Source: Eledone cirrhosa
Taxonomy: Eukaryota
Assembly: GCA_964016885.1 (NCBI GenBank)
Contig: OZ024740.1
Span: 293,818,001 to 293,882,000 of the forward strand
Length of the DNA: 64,000 nucleotides
Reading direction: 5' to 3'
Below, in pieces: positions 12,735 to 26,340 of this stretch. How positions within the stretch are numbered: position 1 is the first letter of the stretch; the number at the start of each line of letters is the position of its first letter. The translations under genes and the position numbers were made by a program. The notes under the pieces are model-generated. The model ran no database searches and was not told the origin of the DNA. It worked only from the letters and a program-made list of their open reading frames with translations.

Positions 12735-13265
12735 TTTAATGATAGGGACCCAGTCCTATCATCTCATTTCTACAGCTGAGTAAACTGGAGCAACGTGAAA
12801 TAAAGTGTCTTGCTCAAGGAAACAACGCATCATCCAGTCCGAGAATTGAACTCACAACCTTTTGATTGCAAGCCCAATGCTCTAACCACTAAGCCATGCA
12901 CCTTCACATACACACACACATGTATATATATGGAGGCACATGGCTTAGTGGTTAGAGCATTGGCCTTGCAATCGAAAGGTTGTGAGTTCAATTCTCAGAC
13001 CGGGTGATGTGTTGTTTCCTTGAGCAAGACACTTTATTTCACATTGCTCCAGTTTACTCAGCTGTAGAAATGAGATGATAGGACTGGGGTCCATATCATT
13101 CCAGTGCAAAGTGGTCGTGGAGGTGCCACGGCAAAAAAGCACCCAGCACTCACTGTAAATGAGGTTGGTGTTAGGAAGGGCATCCAGCTGTAGAAATCAA
13201 GCCAGAATCAGTTCCCATCCCCCCCTTGCAAGAAGGGAAAAGCGGACGTAAAATGATGATGATGA
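12735..13265. mobile_element. Head-to-head pair of tRNA-derived SINEs, family B
   Basis: Plus copy 12932-13265 has GGAGGCACATGGCTTAGTGGTTAGAGC...GAGTTCAATTC and ends in an RTE-type tail GGACGTAAAA(TGA)n; an inverted head sits at 12735-12905. Further copies at about 19660-20005 (+) and 27260-27603 (-). Confidence 0.8.
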
Positions 13266-13550
13266 TATATATATATATATATGTATTGGAATGTCTAAAG
13301 AAATAAGGTATGTAAATAAGGTATGTTAATAAATAAACATTTAGAAATTTTCATTGTGTCACATTACCTAACTTATGTTATTACTCTCAGCATTAATTCA
13401 TTGATTTTGTCTCATTGAGTGCTTTTTTGGCAGCTTCCAAAAAATTCGATTCTGAACTTGCTACTCACAATTGCAACTTCGGTTATACTCACTATTATTA
13501 TTATTTTGTATTGTCCCCTACATGTCGGCCCTGGTGGCTAATAAATGAAA

Positions 13551-13588
<38 letters not shown>

Positions 13589-13589
13589 T

Positions 13590-15515
13590 GCATTTATCTT
13601 GCTTTATGTTTATACGAGTTATCACCAAGTCACAACCAGTGACCTCAAGAGACAACAAGGTCCGCCATGTTCAAGAAAGAACACACATATTCACACATGC
13701 ATCCTTAGTGTTTAGACTTGTGATGTACTTATATTGACAGGATCTTCCTTAGTATATGGGCAGTTCCCATTAGTACTATCTTTTGTATTTCTCCTATACG
13801 CGGGTTTCCTGGGATTTGCGATAAGTAGTCGTTAGACCCCTTAGGTATCATTCCCAGAGCGCCTACAACCACTGGTATTGTTTTAGTTCTCAATTTCCAC
13901 ATTTTTCCAATTTCTATCTCCAGGTCCTTATACTTGCTCAATTTTTCAAATGTTTTTATAGATACATTCTTGTCTATTGGAACAGACATATCAATTAGCA
14001 GGCATACCCTCCTTTGAAAGTCCTTCAATATTATATCAGGTCTATTTGCATCTATTTTTCGGTCTGTTTGGATGCTAAAGTTCCACAAGATTGAGATGTG
14101 ATCTTTTTCAAGTATGGGAGGTGGTTGATGCTCCCACCAATTCTTTTGATGGGGCAGGTCAAAATGCTTACACATTATCCAATGTATGTATTCTGCAGCT
14201 CTGTCATGCCTGTTTAGGTATTCGGTTGGAGCTATAGGACTGCACATTGAAATTATATGGTCAATGGTCTCTGGTTGTTTTTTGCATACACGGCATAATG
14301 GGCTGCACCCATTTTTTATTATGTTGGCTTGGTAATTTTTTGTTGGCAGACACTGATCTTGTGCGGATATAATCAGTCCTTCAGTCTCCGATTTCAGTCC
14401 AGAGGATGCCAACCACTGATGGGTTAAAGTTTTGTCAACATCAGGATTGTTAGCTCGCTCTGGGTATTTTCCATACAGAGGCTTTTCTTGCCATTTCTTA
14501 GCCAGTTTCTGTAGCAGTTCTTTCTTTGCAGTTACTTTTACCTGCTTTGCTTTTTCTGTGTTTTCCATTTCAGCAGTAAATGGGACTTCTGAAATTTGTA
14601 GTCCATTACTGTATCTTTGTGCATCTTTTGTAATGGAATATGATCTTTTGGTGCTTTCGTGTTTCAAAACGAGTTTGATCATCCAATCATGTGATTCCCT
14701 TAGATATGTGGATAATCCAATTGTTGCAGTTTTCAACGCAATGTCTAACTGGATTAACCCACGTCCTCCTTCTTTCCTAGGGAGATATATTCTATCTATG
14801 TCTGCCTTAGGGTGATGCATTCTGTGCATGGTTAAGAATTTTCGGATTTTTGTATCGAGCCTACGGATCTCTGTGCTTGACCAGTTGATGACATTGTAAC
14901 TGTAGGTTACTACTGGTATGGCAAGCGTGTTTATGGCATCGATCCTATTCCTTGCATTCAATTCCGTTCTTAAGATTGCTCTGACTCTGCGGTAACATTC
15001 CTTCCTTATCCTTTCCCTCATTGTCGAGTGCTTGATTCCGTCTCCTTCACAAACACCTAGATATTTGTAAGTTTGTTCTTGATCAAGCTCTCTTATCACG
15101 TTCCCCCGATCAAGATTAATGTCTGAACTCTTCAGCAGCTTTCCTCTGGTGAACGTTGCTTTGGCGCATTTATCCAGTCCAAACTCCATTTTAATGTCAT
15201 CACTGAACTGCTCCACAGTGGATAATAGCCCTTGCAATTGTTCATCATTTTTTGCAAATAGTTTCAGGTCATCCATGTAGAACAGGTGATTAATGGTTTT
15301 GTCATAGACTCTATATCCATGTTTTGTTTCATTGAGCATTTTACTTAATGGTATAAGTGCGATGCAGAATAAAAGCGGTGATAAAGAGTCACCCTGAAAA
15401 ATTCCACAATTAATGTTAACTTCTCCAGCTTCCAGTGATTTTGTTTCACTATTCAAAAGGAGTGTCGTTCTCCATGTCCTCATACTGAATGACAAAAACC
15501 TCCTGACAACGGGGG
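13590..15515 (-). mobile_element. Dong/R4-clade non-LTR retrotransposon, 5'-truncated with open ORF
   Basis: Uninterrupted frame (13729-15515) with GIFQGDSLSPLLF, YMDDLKL, zinc finger CRVC..ETIDHIISMC and restriction-like endonuclease RPDII..LIDMSVP..KLSKYKDL; flanked on both sides by (TAA)n. Confidence 0.92.
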
Positions 15516-15516
15516 A

Positions 15517-15549
<33 letters not shown>

Positions 15550-15552
15550 CAT

Positions 15553-16920
15553 TATCATTGTTCTTTGAGTCTCAGTCATTGATGTTATTAAACTGGAAAG
15601 TTTGTTCAAATGAACATCAAGCCGCTACCTGCAGCCTCAGATATTCAGAACATAGCGGAGGGTTCTTGCTGTTCCCAGCAAGCATGCCTTTTGAAGTGTT
15701 CCAAAAAAGGGGGCTGGACTAATGTTCTTCAATCATCCTTGAAAACTCTCTGAAATAGTACCTAGTGCTCCTATGACAATTGGGATGACCTTGATCTCAT
15801 GACAGTCCCAAATCCTTTTTAACTTCCACTTTAAAACCTGGTATTGGTTAATTTTCCCCTTCTTGCACTCTCGTGTAAGATGGGCAGGCTACATCTACAA
15901 TATGGCACAATCTTTTTTCCTTGTCAAAATCCACCAGGTCAGGCCTATTGTGTTCTAATTTCTTGTCCGTCTGTATCCTGAAATCCTATAGCCCCTTCAC
16001 TTGATCGTTTTCTATCACCGACTCTGGCTTACCCCTTCTCAGAATGTGGTAAATTGTTTAGTTTGCATAAATGCCAGTGAATCACCTTTACGGTCATATC
16101 GTGTCTCCAGCTTTTATAGTGAGTCTGGGCTAGGTGTTTACACTCAGATACAATGTGAGCCACAGTCTACTCTCTCTCTCTCCACAGATCCTACAAAGTG
16201 AGCTAGCCTCCTCCTTGTCAATACGGTGTTTCACCCACTTCATTCTGAGGCCTTGTGCAGCCATTAACATTCCTTCTGTAGCTTTTTAAAGGTCTCCTCT
16301 TTTTAACCAGTTCCATGTCTATGGATCTCTGAATTCCGTTTTCTTAAAGAAGGTGCTATGAAGGGATTTTTCATGAAGGTTGCTCTTCCTCCTTGGACGT
16401 CCCCTGGTCTATTGTCTTCTCCTTTAGTACAACTTTGAGCATTGGCTCCCTACTGTCAGACACATATTTGTGCAGACTGCTTTTCTCCATCTGAACACAG
16501 TCCTCTATGCTGATAAGACCTCTTCCACCTTCAGATCTCTTTAAGTAGAGTCTATCAACATCACTCCTATTTTGGAACATGATGTAGGTAGTCATCAGCA
16601 TCCTAATCTTCCTATCCATTTCCTATACATTTCAGAATTCCCATACTGCATCATAATAATAGACACAGCTCGGCAATTTACTACACTTATGATATTCTTA
16701 CTATTTAGATGTGATTTTAGTATGTTCCTTAATCTCCTTATGTAGTCAGATCTTAGCAATTCCTTCATTTTTTTGTTCTTGATGTCTGCCTCCAGAACAC
16801 CCAAATATTTGTTTCCTACTTCAGTGTCAATTTCCTTTATCATCTCACCTGTTGGTACCTGGATTCCGTTTCTTCTGTTCAATTTACACCTCTTCATCAC
16901 TAGGACTCCACACTTACTAA
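15553..16920 (-). mobile_element. Older, degenerate Dong/R4 element
   Basis: Broken frames KYLGVLEA, RSDVDRLYLKRSEGGRGLISIEDC and an endonuclease remnant near 15700-15980. Confidence 0.85.
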
Positions 16921-17073
16921 CACCATTAAATCCCGCTGAGGTTAACTCTGTCTTTCATCCTTACGGGGTAGACAAAATAAAGTTCCGTTCACGCACTGGA
17001 GTCGATTTGATCGACTTTCTTCTCCCCCAAAATTGCTGGCCTTGTGCCTATATAAGAAACCATTATTATTATT

Positions 17074-17130
<57 letters not shown>

Positions 17131-17453
17131 AATACATACATAGGTGGTGAGAGCAGACCTAAAATCGCTGAAACTCACGGTGGAGTTGACGAAGGACCGT
17201 GACAAGTGGAGAGATGCTGTGCTGAATAGGACCCATCCCACTCTTCCAAGCAGGGAAAAGCGGACGTAAAATGATGATGATGATGATGATGATGATGATA
17301 TATATGCGTGTGTGTGTAGCAATATATGTAAGTATGATAAAGGAAAAAGGAAAACAGTGCTCAATCGGGAGGAGAGCAGAAATATTACATTATTTATTTA
17401 TGTTCATTCACAGAACTAAAGCACGACCTAATGTTTCAAGGCCCAATATTGGA

Positions 17454-17513
<60 letters not shown>

Positions 17514-18254
17514 TTGTCTGCTGAATACAGAGCTTGACAAGATCAGTGTACAGGAAGTTTAGTTCTGGCATGAAATCTTATGTGACTTTAGACTAGATGT
17601 ACTTTTAAAAAGCTGTCTACATAAGCCACACATTAGTTTTGGTTCAGCTTGAACTGCCTGTGTTGAACTTTGAAAAGTCTCTTTAAACCTCCTCTATCAA
17701 AAGCCTTTTTGAGACACACAAATGCCAGGAGCAATGGCTTATTCTGAGCATTTCTGCAGTTGTCTCATGAGAAAGAGGGTTTTCGGTATTACAGTTACCT
17801 GACATAAAGCCAAACTGTAACTGATCTAACTTAATTTTGTCTGTTGATACTTGTGATAATCTGATCCATCAACTTGATTCCTCTGTAGTTTTCTTTCTCC
17901 AATGCATCATCTTTTCCATTGCAGTAGTTTACAATGATACTGTACCAGTCATTGGGTGTGACACCATCCCAAAATACTCGATTAATTTTGTATCTGACTA
18001 GATCATAACCTACCTTACCGTATATTTATAGCATCTTGGCAACTATACAGGATGGTCTAGCAGCCTTCCCTACCATCATATCCTTAATTGCTTTGTCTTC
18101 CCAGCTACTAACAACTTTTATGGCTGGCCCTATAATTGGTTGTGTGACTTTAGCAGGGTGGGTGGCTTTAAAACACTTTGAAGTGATACAATATATTTAA
18201 AATTATCTGTAAGAATGTATCAGAATAAAATAGTCACATAATATCAAAACCTAC

Positions 18255-18324
18255 CTTTTAACACTTTCAATGTATTCTGAGCTTTCATCAATTTGTGCAT
18301 TCACACATTTACCCATGGCAGTTT
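18255..18324 (-). CDS. CYP4V-like coding exon 5
   Basis: TTCAG|AA...AAAG|GTAGGT; 70 bp; ETAMGKCVNAQIDESSEYIESVK(R), the CYP4 ETAMG motif; phase 1 to 2. Confidence 0.95.
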
Positions 18325-18689
18325 CTGAAGTAATATATATACGTATATATATATATATATATATGATGATGATGATATATATATATAGATACACCTCCCT
18401 AATATGATGATGATGATATATATATGATGATGATATATATATATATACATATACCCCCCTAATACCCACACCTCTTTCCTACCAAAGCCCCCAGCCTATT
18501 CTGTAAATTGGTCGTGTTACGACAAAAAGCACCCAGTACTCACTGTAAATGTGGTTGTCATTAGGAAGGGCATCCAGCCATAGAAACCAAGTCAAAATCA
18601 TTTCTATATGAAAAAGACATGGTCATCTGACCTTGACTTGCCTCAGCTACATTTTAGCTGTTACATTATTATTAATCTTAGTATACACA

Positions 18690-19305
18690 CACACAGGTGT
18701 GCTGATATCACACTTAATTTTTTTTATTTTCAATCAGTACATAAGCCAACCAATCACATTATTTGTTGTATTTTATATATAATACACTGGGTCAGCATTT
18801 TAATACATTTTTTAGTATTATCATGGCTGCCATTTCAAACAAAAAACGTGCAAATAGCACCAAATAACTCTACTACTGGGTGTTCAAAAAACACTTGCCC
18901 ATAATGCAACAAGGGGCACTCTTAACCCAAACAAGTGACATGGAAGAACACACAAGATAAGTGTTCAAACAGACCTCATGATACACTGACGTGCACTGCC
19001 AAATCCAACTGCTTCCAGCTCATATATCCAAGCTCAATTTCTTCAGGACACAAACATATCATCTTCTACCATCTGACGATGGTGTGTCAAGGACTTTAAC
19101 CTTCGGGATTTTAAGCCATCTGCCAAGACTAAACTTTTAAATAAAAGCATCAAGGACTGTCTGTTGTTCTGCAACACTTATCGTCACTGGAATGTTGCTC
19201 AATGGGGTGAGGTAATGTTTAATGATGAAACATTAATTAGACAATTTGCCCCTAATAATCATATATAAGAAGACCATCTGGACAGCATTATAATTCTTGT
19301 TATGT
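18690..19305 (+). mobile_element. Degenerate Tc1-like transposase fragment
   Basis: About 19167-19250 reads FCNTYRHWNVAQWGEVMFNDETLIRQF, matching the Tc1 W..W..V.FSDE motif. Confidence 0.65.
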
Positions 19306-19324
19306 CTATATATATATAAAGTTA

Positions 19325-19625
19325 AGTTATGTCGGTACCACAACATCCAGTCCAAACTAATGAGATTGTGTAGGAGTCACGACAAAAAAACACACAGTCC
19401 ACGCTATAATGTGGTCATGTAGGAAACATGGTAAAAAGCTCCCAGTCCACATTATAAATGTGGTTGGTGTTAGGAAGGGGATCCAGCCATAGAAAACCTG
19501 CCAGATGGTACTATACGAGCGAGATACGGCCACCCAACCAACCTTGCCTCAAGTGGGGCAACTACCGTCTAACCTATGCTAGCGTGCAAGATAGACGTTA
19601 AACAATGATGATGATGATGTTGATG
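19325..19625 (+). mobile_element. RTE 3'UTR fragment
   Basis: Similar to 38920-39225; (GAT)n tail. Related pieces at about 690-1110, 18505-18600, 20680-21085, 24347-24570, 40050-40330 and 56375-56640. Confidence 0.75.
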
Positions 19626-21180
19626 ATATATATATATATGTTTGTATATATATATACCCGATCTGAGTTCTCATACCGGGTGATGTGTTGTTTCCTTGAG
19701 CAAGACACTTTATTCCACATTGCTCCAGTTTACTCAGCTATAGAAATGAGATGATAGGGACTGGGGTCCATATCATTCCACTGCAAAGTGGTCGTGGAGG
19801 TGCCATGGCAAAAAAGCACCCAGCACACACTGTAAAGTGGATGTGTAGGCGCCACGGAACAAAAGCACCCAGCACTCACTGTAAATGAGGTTGGTGTTAG
19901 GAAGGGCATCCAGCTGTAGAAATCAAGCCAGAATCAGTTCCCGTCCCACCCTTGCAAGCAGGGAAAAGCGAACGTAAAATGATGATTATGATGATGATGA
20001 TGATGATATATAAAGTTGTAGTTCCTGTCTGTTTGTTTATAAAATAGTCTGTATCATTTGTTTATTATTTCTTCATAGTTACATTTTAAACGTATAGCCT
20101 CGTTTAAATGATTATTTATGTGTTTGATTTCTATGGACTAGGGAGAGGAAAGACTGTATATATTTTATCTAAGAATTCTTCAAACTTGCAATTTTATATA
20201 TAGCTCCGATTAATAATTATTTGCTTAATTAATTCTTTCATTGAGCCACACCGTGAAAGGTAGCCACACTCATATATGTATCTGTGACTATGTCTAAATA
20301 TATACATATATCCCTTATGAATTTAATATATATATATATATGTATATAACAGAGGTGTTTAAGAAGGTTTACGCAGTATGCTTATTTATAATAAACATAC
20401 AAGTTTCACTTATTTATAAAACGGTGATGATGATGATGATGATGATGTAATTGGTACAGAGACAAGAATAAGCTACATCTCATATATAACTTTTTACACA
20501 TGAAACATTGGTTGGAGATGTTCATTTGTATAAAGTGAGAACTTGACTGGATATGGTGAACCATGCTATGTTAGTACTATTGTTAATTAATATGGTTGTG
20601 TTGAAGTGGCTTTCTTGGTAAAAGTGGAGGGTGGTATTTTTAATGATTTTAGTGATAGTGTTGCTGACTATGATGTTATGAACATCATCACTGTTTAATG
20701 TCCATTTTCCACATGAGCATGGGTTAGATGAGCTGTCCCATTGTGAGACAAACCAGGTCAGATGACTGTGTCTTGCTGATACAGAATTAATTTTGACTTG
20801 ATTTCTACGATTGGATGCCCTTCCTAATGCCAAGCCTATTTAAAGTGTGTATTGGGTGCTTTTGACATGACACCTACATGACTACTCTACAGTGTGGACT
20901 TGGTGCTTTTTGTCATGACACCTACACTTGTCATGTGGGCTAGGCACTTTTTATCGTGACACCTACACAACCAATTTACAATGTGGGCTGGGCACTTTTT
21001 GTCATGAGATCTAATTGACCACTTTAAAGTGTGACTGGGCACTTTTTTGTCATGACACCTATACAACCACTTTACAGTGTGGACTGGGGACTTGGGTGGG
21101 GGAGGTGTATGGGGATAGGGGAGATAGAACATATATAACATAATATAAAATAAAATAACAACAATTTAGAGATTACTTAC

Positions 21181-21371
21181 CTGTTATAACATCCAGTGTA
21201 AAATTTGAAATAAATGGGCAAATATCAAATTCACCCTTACCAACCATTTTGTCTAGTTTGTTACACAATATATTTGAATGTTCTTCCATTATAATTTGGA
21301 AACTATTTAAGATATTATAATGAAATGATGGTGTCAACATCTTTCTTGATTTCAACCATCTTGCTCCTGTA
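21181..21371 (-). CDS. CYP4V-like coding exon 4 (C-helix WxxxR)
   Basis: TTTCAG|T...ACAG|GTAAGT; 191 bp; TGARWLKSRKMLTPSFHYNILNSFQIIMEEHSNILCNKLDKMVGKGEFDICPFISNFTLDVIT; phase 2 to 1. Confidence 0.95.
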
Positions 21372-22118
21372 CTGAAAATAGTAAACAATAAATAGTATTA
21401 TATTTATCTTATGTTTTAAATAACAACTTTTATAAACTGAATTAGCTACAATTGGAAAACTCAGCCTAAACATTTTTGCTGTTTTTTTTTAAATATCTAG
21501 TCAGCCTAGGTTGTACAGACATATGATGTGAAGTATTCCAGCCCTCACCATACCATATGTTACCTTTTTTGAGTTTTTAGGATTGTGTGCTTTGGATCAC
21601 ATTATAAAATATTTAAGGCAATAAAGTTTGGTTTGTGAGAGATTTGGCTACAATTTCGAGCAAGGAGATGAAAGACAAGATATGACAAACTCATTGAGAT
21701 GGACCCAAAATAATTATCTAAATGTTGTAAACTATGTTGGTTCACTCAGATCAGTTCCCATCACTAGTCAATAAGGAAGCCTATACTCAGTTGTTCATCC
21801 TATAATGAATACCAGCAATACATATATATATATTTCTAGGGATTGTAACATTCAGTTCACCAGAGTGAGCACTTGATGCGTAGTTTCCAGTAAGAGTAGA
21901 GTTGTAGTACTGAGCAGAGTGTAATAATAATAAAAAATCGTCCTCTCTCTCTCTCTATATATATATATATGAAAAGATTCAGGACCCTGATGACTGAGCT
22001 CCGGCCAATTTGACAGCTAGTTCTGAACTAAAGCCATATTACCCACTCTACTACCCCAAGTATCAAGTACTCTGGTGGGTTATGGTCCGCCTGATTTTTT
22101 ACCACACCTTATCTGATA

Positions 22119-22180
<62 letters not shown>

Positions 22181-22563
22181 TATTAAAGGTGAAAATTAAT
22201 TGCGTCCATAGGCAGTATGCCAATATGAGCACTTGATCCTCTTGAGGAGCAGAGTACCAATAATAATAATATATAAGGAAACAAAGAATCAGTGTTGTAT
22301 CATATACATATTCAATTACATATTACATATTACATATTACATATGTTTCACTGTCGATCAGCTCGAGGAACAATCGATTAATGATTAAACCTGACTCTAC
22401 AATCGTAAGCTCCTGTGTTAACATGTAGACTCACGTCTAAGAGTGGTTGGATATTATCCTGATTCATTCTTTTATGCTGCCACAGACTCTATCAAAGGAG
22501 TGTGTCATCCCCACATTCTACTTATTCTATTTGTATTCAGTCAAATCACAGTTGGGGGCAGCC

Positions 22564-23396
22564 TATAACTTAGCAGATATTACTCCTGTCTGTGGTCAAG
22601 TTGGCATATTCATTCTTGTGTTGCAGCACGTCTGTCTGAAGTCTGCTGCTATAGTAAACATAATACTGTGTTAGAATGAAAACATAATTCAGTTTTTAAA
22701 AAAATAATATAGATGGATTAGTTGGAGATGCGACAGGAGTAGTGAAAGTCTGCTGGGGATAGTAAAATTAAAGCATAACTTGGTTAACCTCAAGTCCGAG
22801 ATCATCATGGCTTGCAGACACCAGTGGAGATGCACTTTTTCCACGCTTAACTTTCCTGGATAGGAGCTTAACAAGTGCATGGTGCATGTAGATAACGGAA
22901 GTCAGGCCCACCAGCGCACTGGGGTGTCCCTGAATTTTGCTAAACACCCGAACCAGCCTTTGGGCCCACTCTGCATGTATAATTTAGCACATATTACAAT
23001 GTATACATACATAGGGACATTCCCATGCACATACTATGTACTAGTACATAACATCTTACACAACGTAAGTTTATGTGTAAAAGCACACACATACACAATC
23101 ACACCATATGGGCACATAACCAACTTGTTCATACATCTTAGCTTTTGGAAATTTCCTTTCTACAAAGAATGCATTAACCGTCCGCTGGATTCTATTTGAA
23201 ATCAGTCTAGACTTTCACGACTCCTGTCGCATCTCCAACTAATCCATCTATATTATTTAAAAAAAATCTGAATTATGTTTTCATTCTAACACAGTATTAT
23301 GTTTACTATAGCAGCAGACTTCAGACAGATGTGCTGCAACACAAGAATGTATATGCCAACTTGACCACAGATAGGAGTAATATCTGCTAAGTTATA
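22564..23396. mobile_element. MITE-like element with long terminal inverted repeats
   Basis: Arms 22564-22751 and 23210-23396 (~188 bp) are near-perfect reverse complements around a ~460-bp non-coding spacer; termini TATAAC...GTTATA. Confidence 0.8.
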
Positions 23397-23708
23397 CACC
23401 TATGATTGCATAAACATCAGATGAAGTCACATGAATAACCATGTAACATAAATATATATAATGAAAGAAACAATTATGGTGATTTTATCCCGACTTAACT
23501 ACCATTATTTGATATATATATTGGCACAAAGCCAGTAATTACCCAGTACATTACTGGGTAATTGGCCAGCAATTACCCAGTACATTACTGGGTAATTGCT
23601 GGCCTTGTGCCAAAAGTAGAAACAATTATTTGATATATATATATTTATATATATATAAATTAAATGTTAGAGAAAACAATACCAAATTCTTGAACAAATA
23701 TATTTAAT

Positions 23709-23834
23709 GGCTTACAGTTGTTTCGGAAATCATATCAACATTCTGCACATACAGATGAAATGTATCGATTATATAATCGATAAGAGCAAATTATAATAAA
23801 AAGAAAAAATTGATATGGTCTCCTTTTCAGAGTC
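23709..23834 (-). ncRNA. Degenerate type I hammerhead ribozyme with extended stem II
   Basis: GACT-CTGAAAA-GGAGACCATATC...GATATGATTTCC-GAAAC-AACT-GTA-AGCC; 11 of 12 stem II pairs form, but core G8 is changed to A. Confidence 0.6.
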
Positions 23835-24344
23835 GAAAATAAAATAAATATAAAATACAAACATACATGTCAATGAAAATAGAGACTTCAATAAATGTAA
23901 AAAACGAAGCATACCATTCCACATATGAATAATGAAGCAGGATTAGGATACATCTTAAATTCAAAGAAGTTAACCGTTAAAAAAAATGGTGTAAGTATGA
24001 AACTAGAAGTAGACAGGCATATATAGTATGGCGTAATATTATGAGGAAAAGGAGATAATTACTAGAATTACAAATGAGTTATTTAAATAAATAATCATAA
24101 ATATGAGTGAGTTAAAGGGAGTATAGATAGGTGTAATAATTTGTGTCATGGCCAAAAGAGGTAGGGCAATAGGGATACTAATTATAACAGTAGAAAAATA
24201 AAGAAAATAGAAATTAAAGTTAAAATAATTAAATAAATAAAAAGAAGGGGTTTATAAGGAAAGAGTATTAAGTTAGTGACAAAAAGGGTAGAAGGGCCTA
24301 GATAGAGAGGGTTAAATCAAAAAAGAAAAAAGATAGAGGGATAC

Positions 24345-24382
<38 letters not shown>

Positions 24383-24574
24383 CCATTTTACGTCCGTTCT
24401 TCCACGTTAGCATGAGTTAGATGGGTTGCACTGTTGTAAGCAGTATCCAGTCGCTGACGTTGTCTTGCTGATACAGGAACTGATTCTGGCTTGATTTCTA
24501 CAGTTGGATGCCCTTCCTAACACCAACCTCATTTACAGTGAGTGCTGGGTGCTTTTTTTCCATGGCGCCTACAC

Positions 24575-26340
24575 CTTACTTTCATGACCTGGTCCATCAG
24601 CTTTATATCTCTATAGTTTCCTCTATCTAGTGCATCACTTTTACCCTTGTAGCAGTTGACAATGATGCTACTGCACCAATCTTTTGGTATGACACCTTCT
24701 AGTATTACCTGGTTAACAATACGTGTGGTTATGGTGTGACCTACCGACCCAGATGCCTTCAGCATCTCGGCAAATATACCCGATGGACCAGTTGCCTTCC
24801 CCGTCTTTATATCTTTGATTGTCTTACTTACTACACTGCTGCTGACTTGTACTGCTGGCCCCTCTATAGGATCCGCTTGGGGTAGGGTATCTTCTTCCCA
24901 TGCATTCTCCTCATTTAGTAATCTATCATAATGGCTCTTCCATGCATCTTTCTTCTCAACACTTGTGAGGGCAAGCTCACCTTTATCATTCCTGATACAC
25001 TTCTCTCCATGACATCACAATTCTCTCTGACACACTGCCTCGCAATCTTGAACACCTCCTATTTCTGGTCCTCACATTGCAAAACATGCTTGAATTTTCT
25101 ATCCTCTGCTTCCCTCCTAGTTATGTATACTTGTCGCCTAGCTTCCCTCCTGGTCTCTCTGTAATGTACCCTGCTTCCCCTGTTCTTCCATTCTTTCCAT
25201 GCCTGTCTATTAGCCTTAACTGCCTCATCTACCTTATTGTTCCACCACTAGGTCACTCTCCTCGTCCCTGTGGTCTTACTCCAGTCACAGATCTCGTCCA
25301 TCGCCTTTAGTAAGTTATGTTTTAGGAACTCCCAGTGCTCTTCTACATTGAATGTCTCTATCTGTTTTTCTTTACTGTCATAGGCGTTGAGTAAAATATC
25401 TTTAAATCTGTTAGTGGCTGAGGGGTCTTTCAGCTTCCAGATCTTTCTTCTCCAGATTGCCTTCTGTTTCCAAGTTCATCTAGTTTTGACAGTGAGGTCG
25501 TTGACAACTAAGTTATGTTGGGAGGTACATTCTTCACCAGGGAAGGCTTTCGTGTTTACAACCGTCCTTCTATCACGCCCTCTGATGAGGATAAATTCTA
25601 TCTGACTAGAATGCTCCCCTGATCTATTGGTGATCAGATGGTTGTCGGGTTTTTTGAAGTTTGTGTTACATATCAACATGTCATTGGAGTTGCAGAATTC
25701 CAGAAGCCTGAAGCCTTCTTCATTCTTTTTGCCAAACCCATGGCCTCCATAGAAGCTGTCACCGTGTTTACCAACATGTCCGTTAAAATCTCCTGCAGTA
25801 ATTAGGGAGTCATTGTCGTTTGTTAGGGCAGTAGTGTGCACTAGGGACTCGTAAAACCTATCCTTGAGTTTGTCTGACAACCCTGATTGGGATGCGTAAG
25901 CTGATATTATTGTGGAAATTGTTTTATTCAGGACTAGTCTGAGTTTAATGATTCTTGCGTTCACCCTGTTCACTGAGATTACCTTATCAACCCATTTGTC
26001 AGCTAATAGTATACATACACCACCCATCCCGTTGTCATTTCCCACCCAGAAAAATTTCTAGCACTGACTTTTGCCTACAAGGACTCAAGTGGACTCTCCT
26101 CTCCATCTAATCTCTTGCACACAGCATACATCAATTTCCTTTCGCTCTAGCATCTCTACAATTTCTCCTGCTCTTCCTTTCATTGTGCTTACATTGATGG
26201 TTCCAACTCGGAGTTTTGGACATTTGCCATCACTCGTAGGATGGGGTGAATTTTTGCGGGGGGTGGGTGTGTATGCTTCCAGTCTCTGGATTAAAGCTTC
26301 GCATGGGTGCTTGGTAACTCGTGGATTCATATTCATTTAT
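24575..26340 (-). mobile_element. RTE LINE 5' part (AP endonuclease and start of RT), disrupted
   Basis: LRVGTINVSTMKGR..VQEIRW, ISAYASQ, AGDFNGHVG, SQHNLVV and KDWCSSIIVNCYKGK; same family as 36466-39224. Confidence 0.9.

Noticed and set aside
12932-13003. tRNA gene
   Set aside because: A and B boxes are present but the sequence runs into a repeated SINE body and RTE tail; it is a SINE head.
15516-15609. N-terminal extension of the 626-aa Dong ORF
   Set aside because: The poly-Ile stretch is the (TAA)n target repeat read in frame, not part of the element's protein.
22335-22366. Hammerhead-like CTGATCGA..GAAACATATGTA on the minus strand
   Set aside because: Core spacing is wrong and stem I does not pair.
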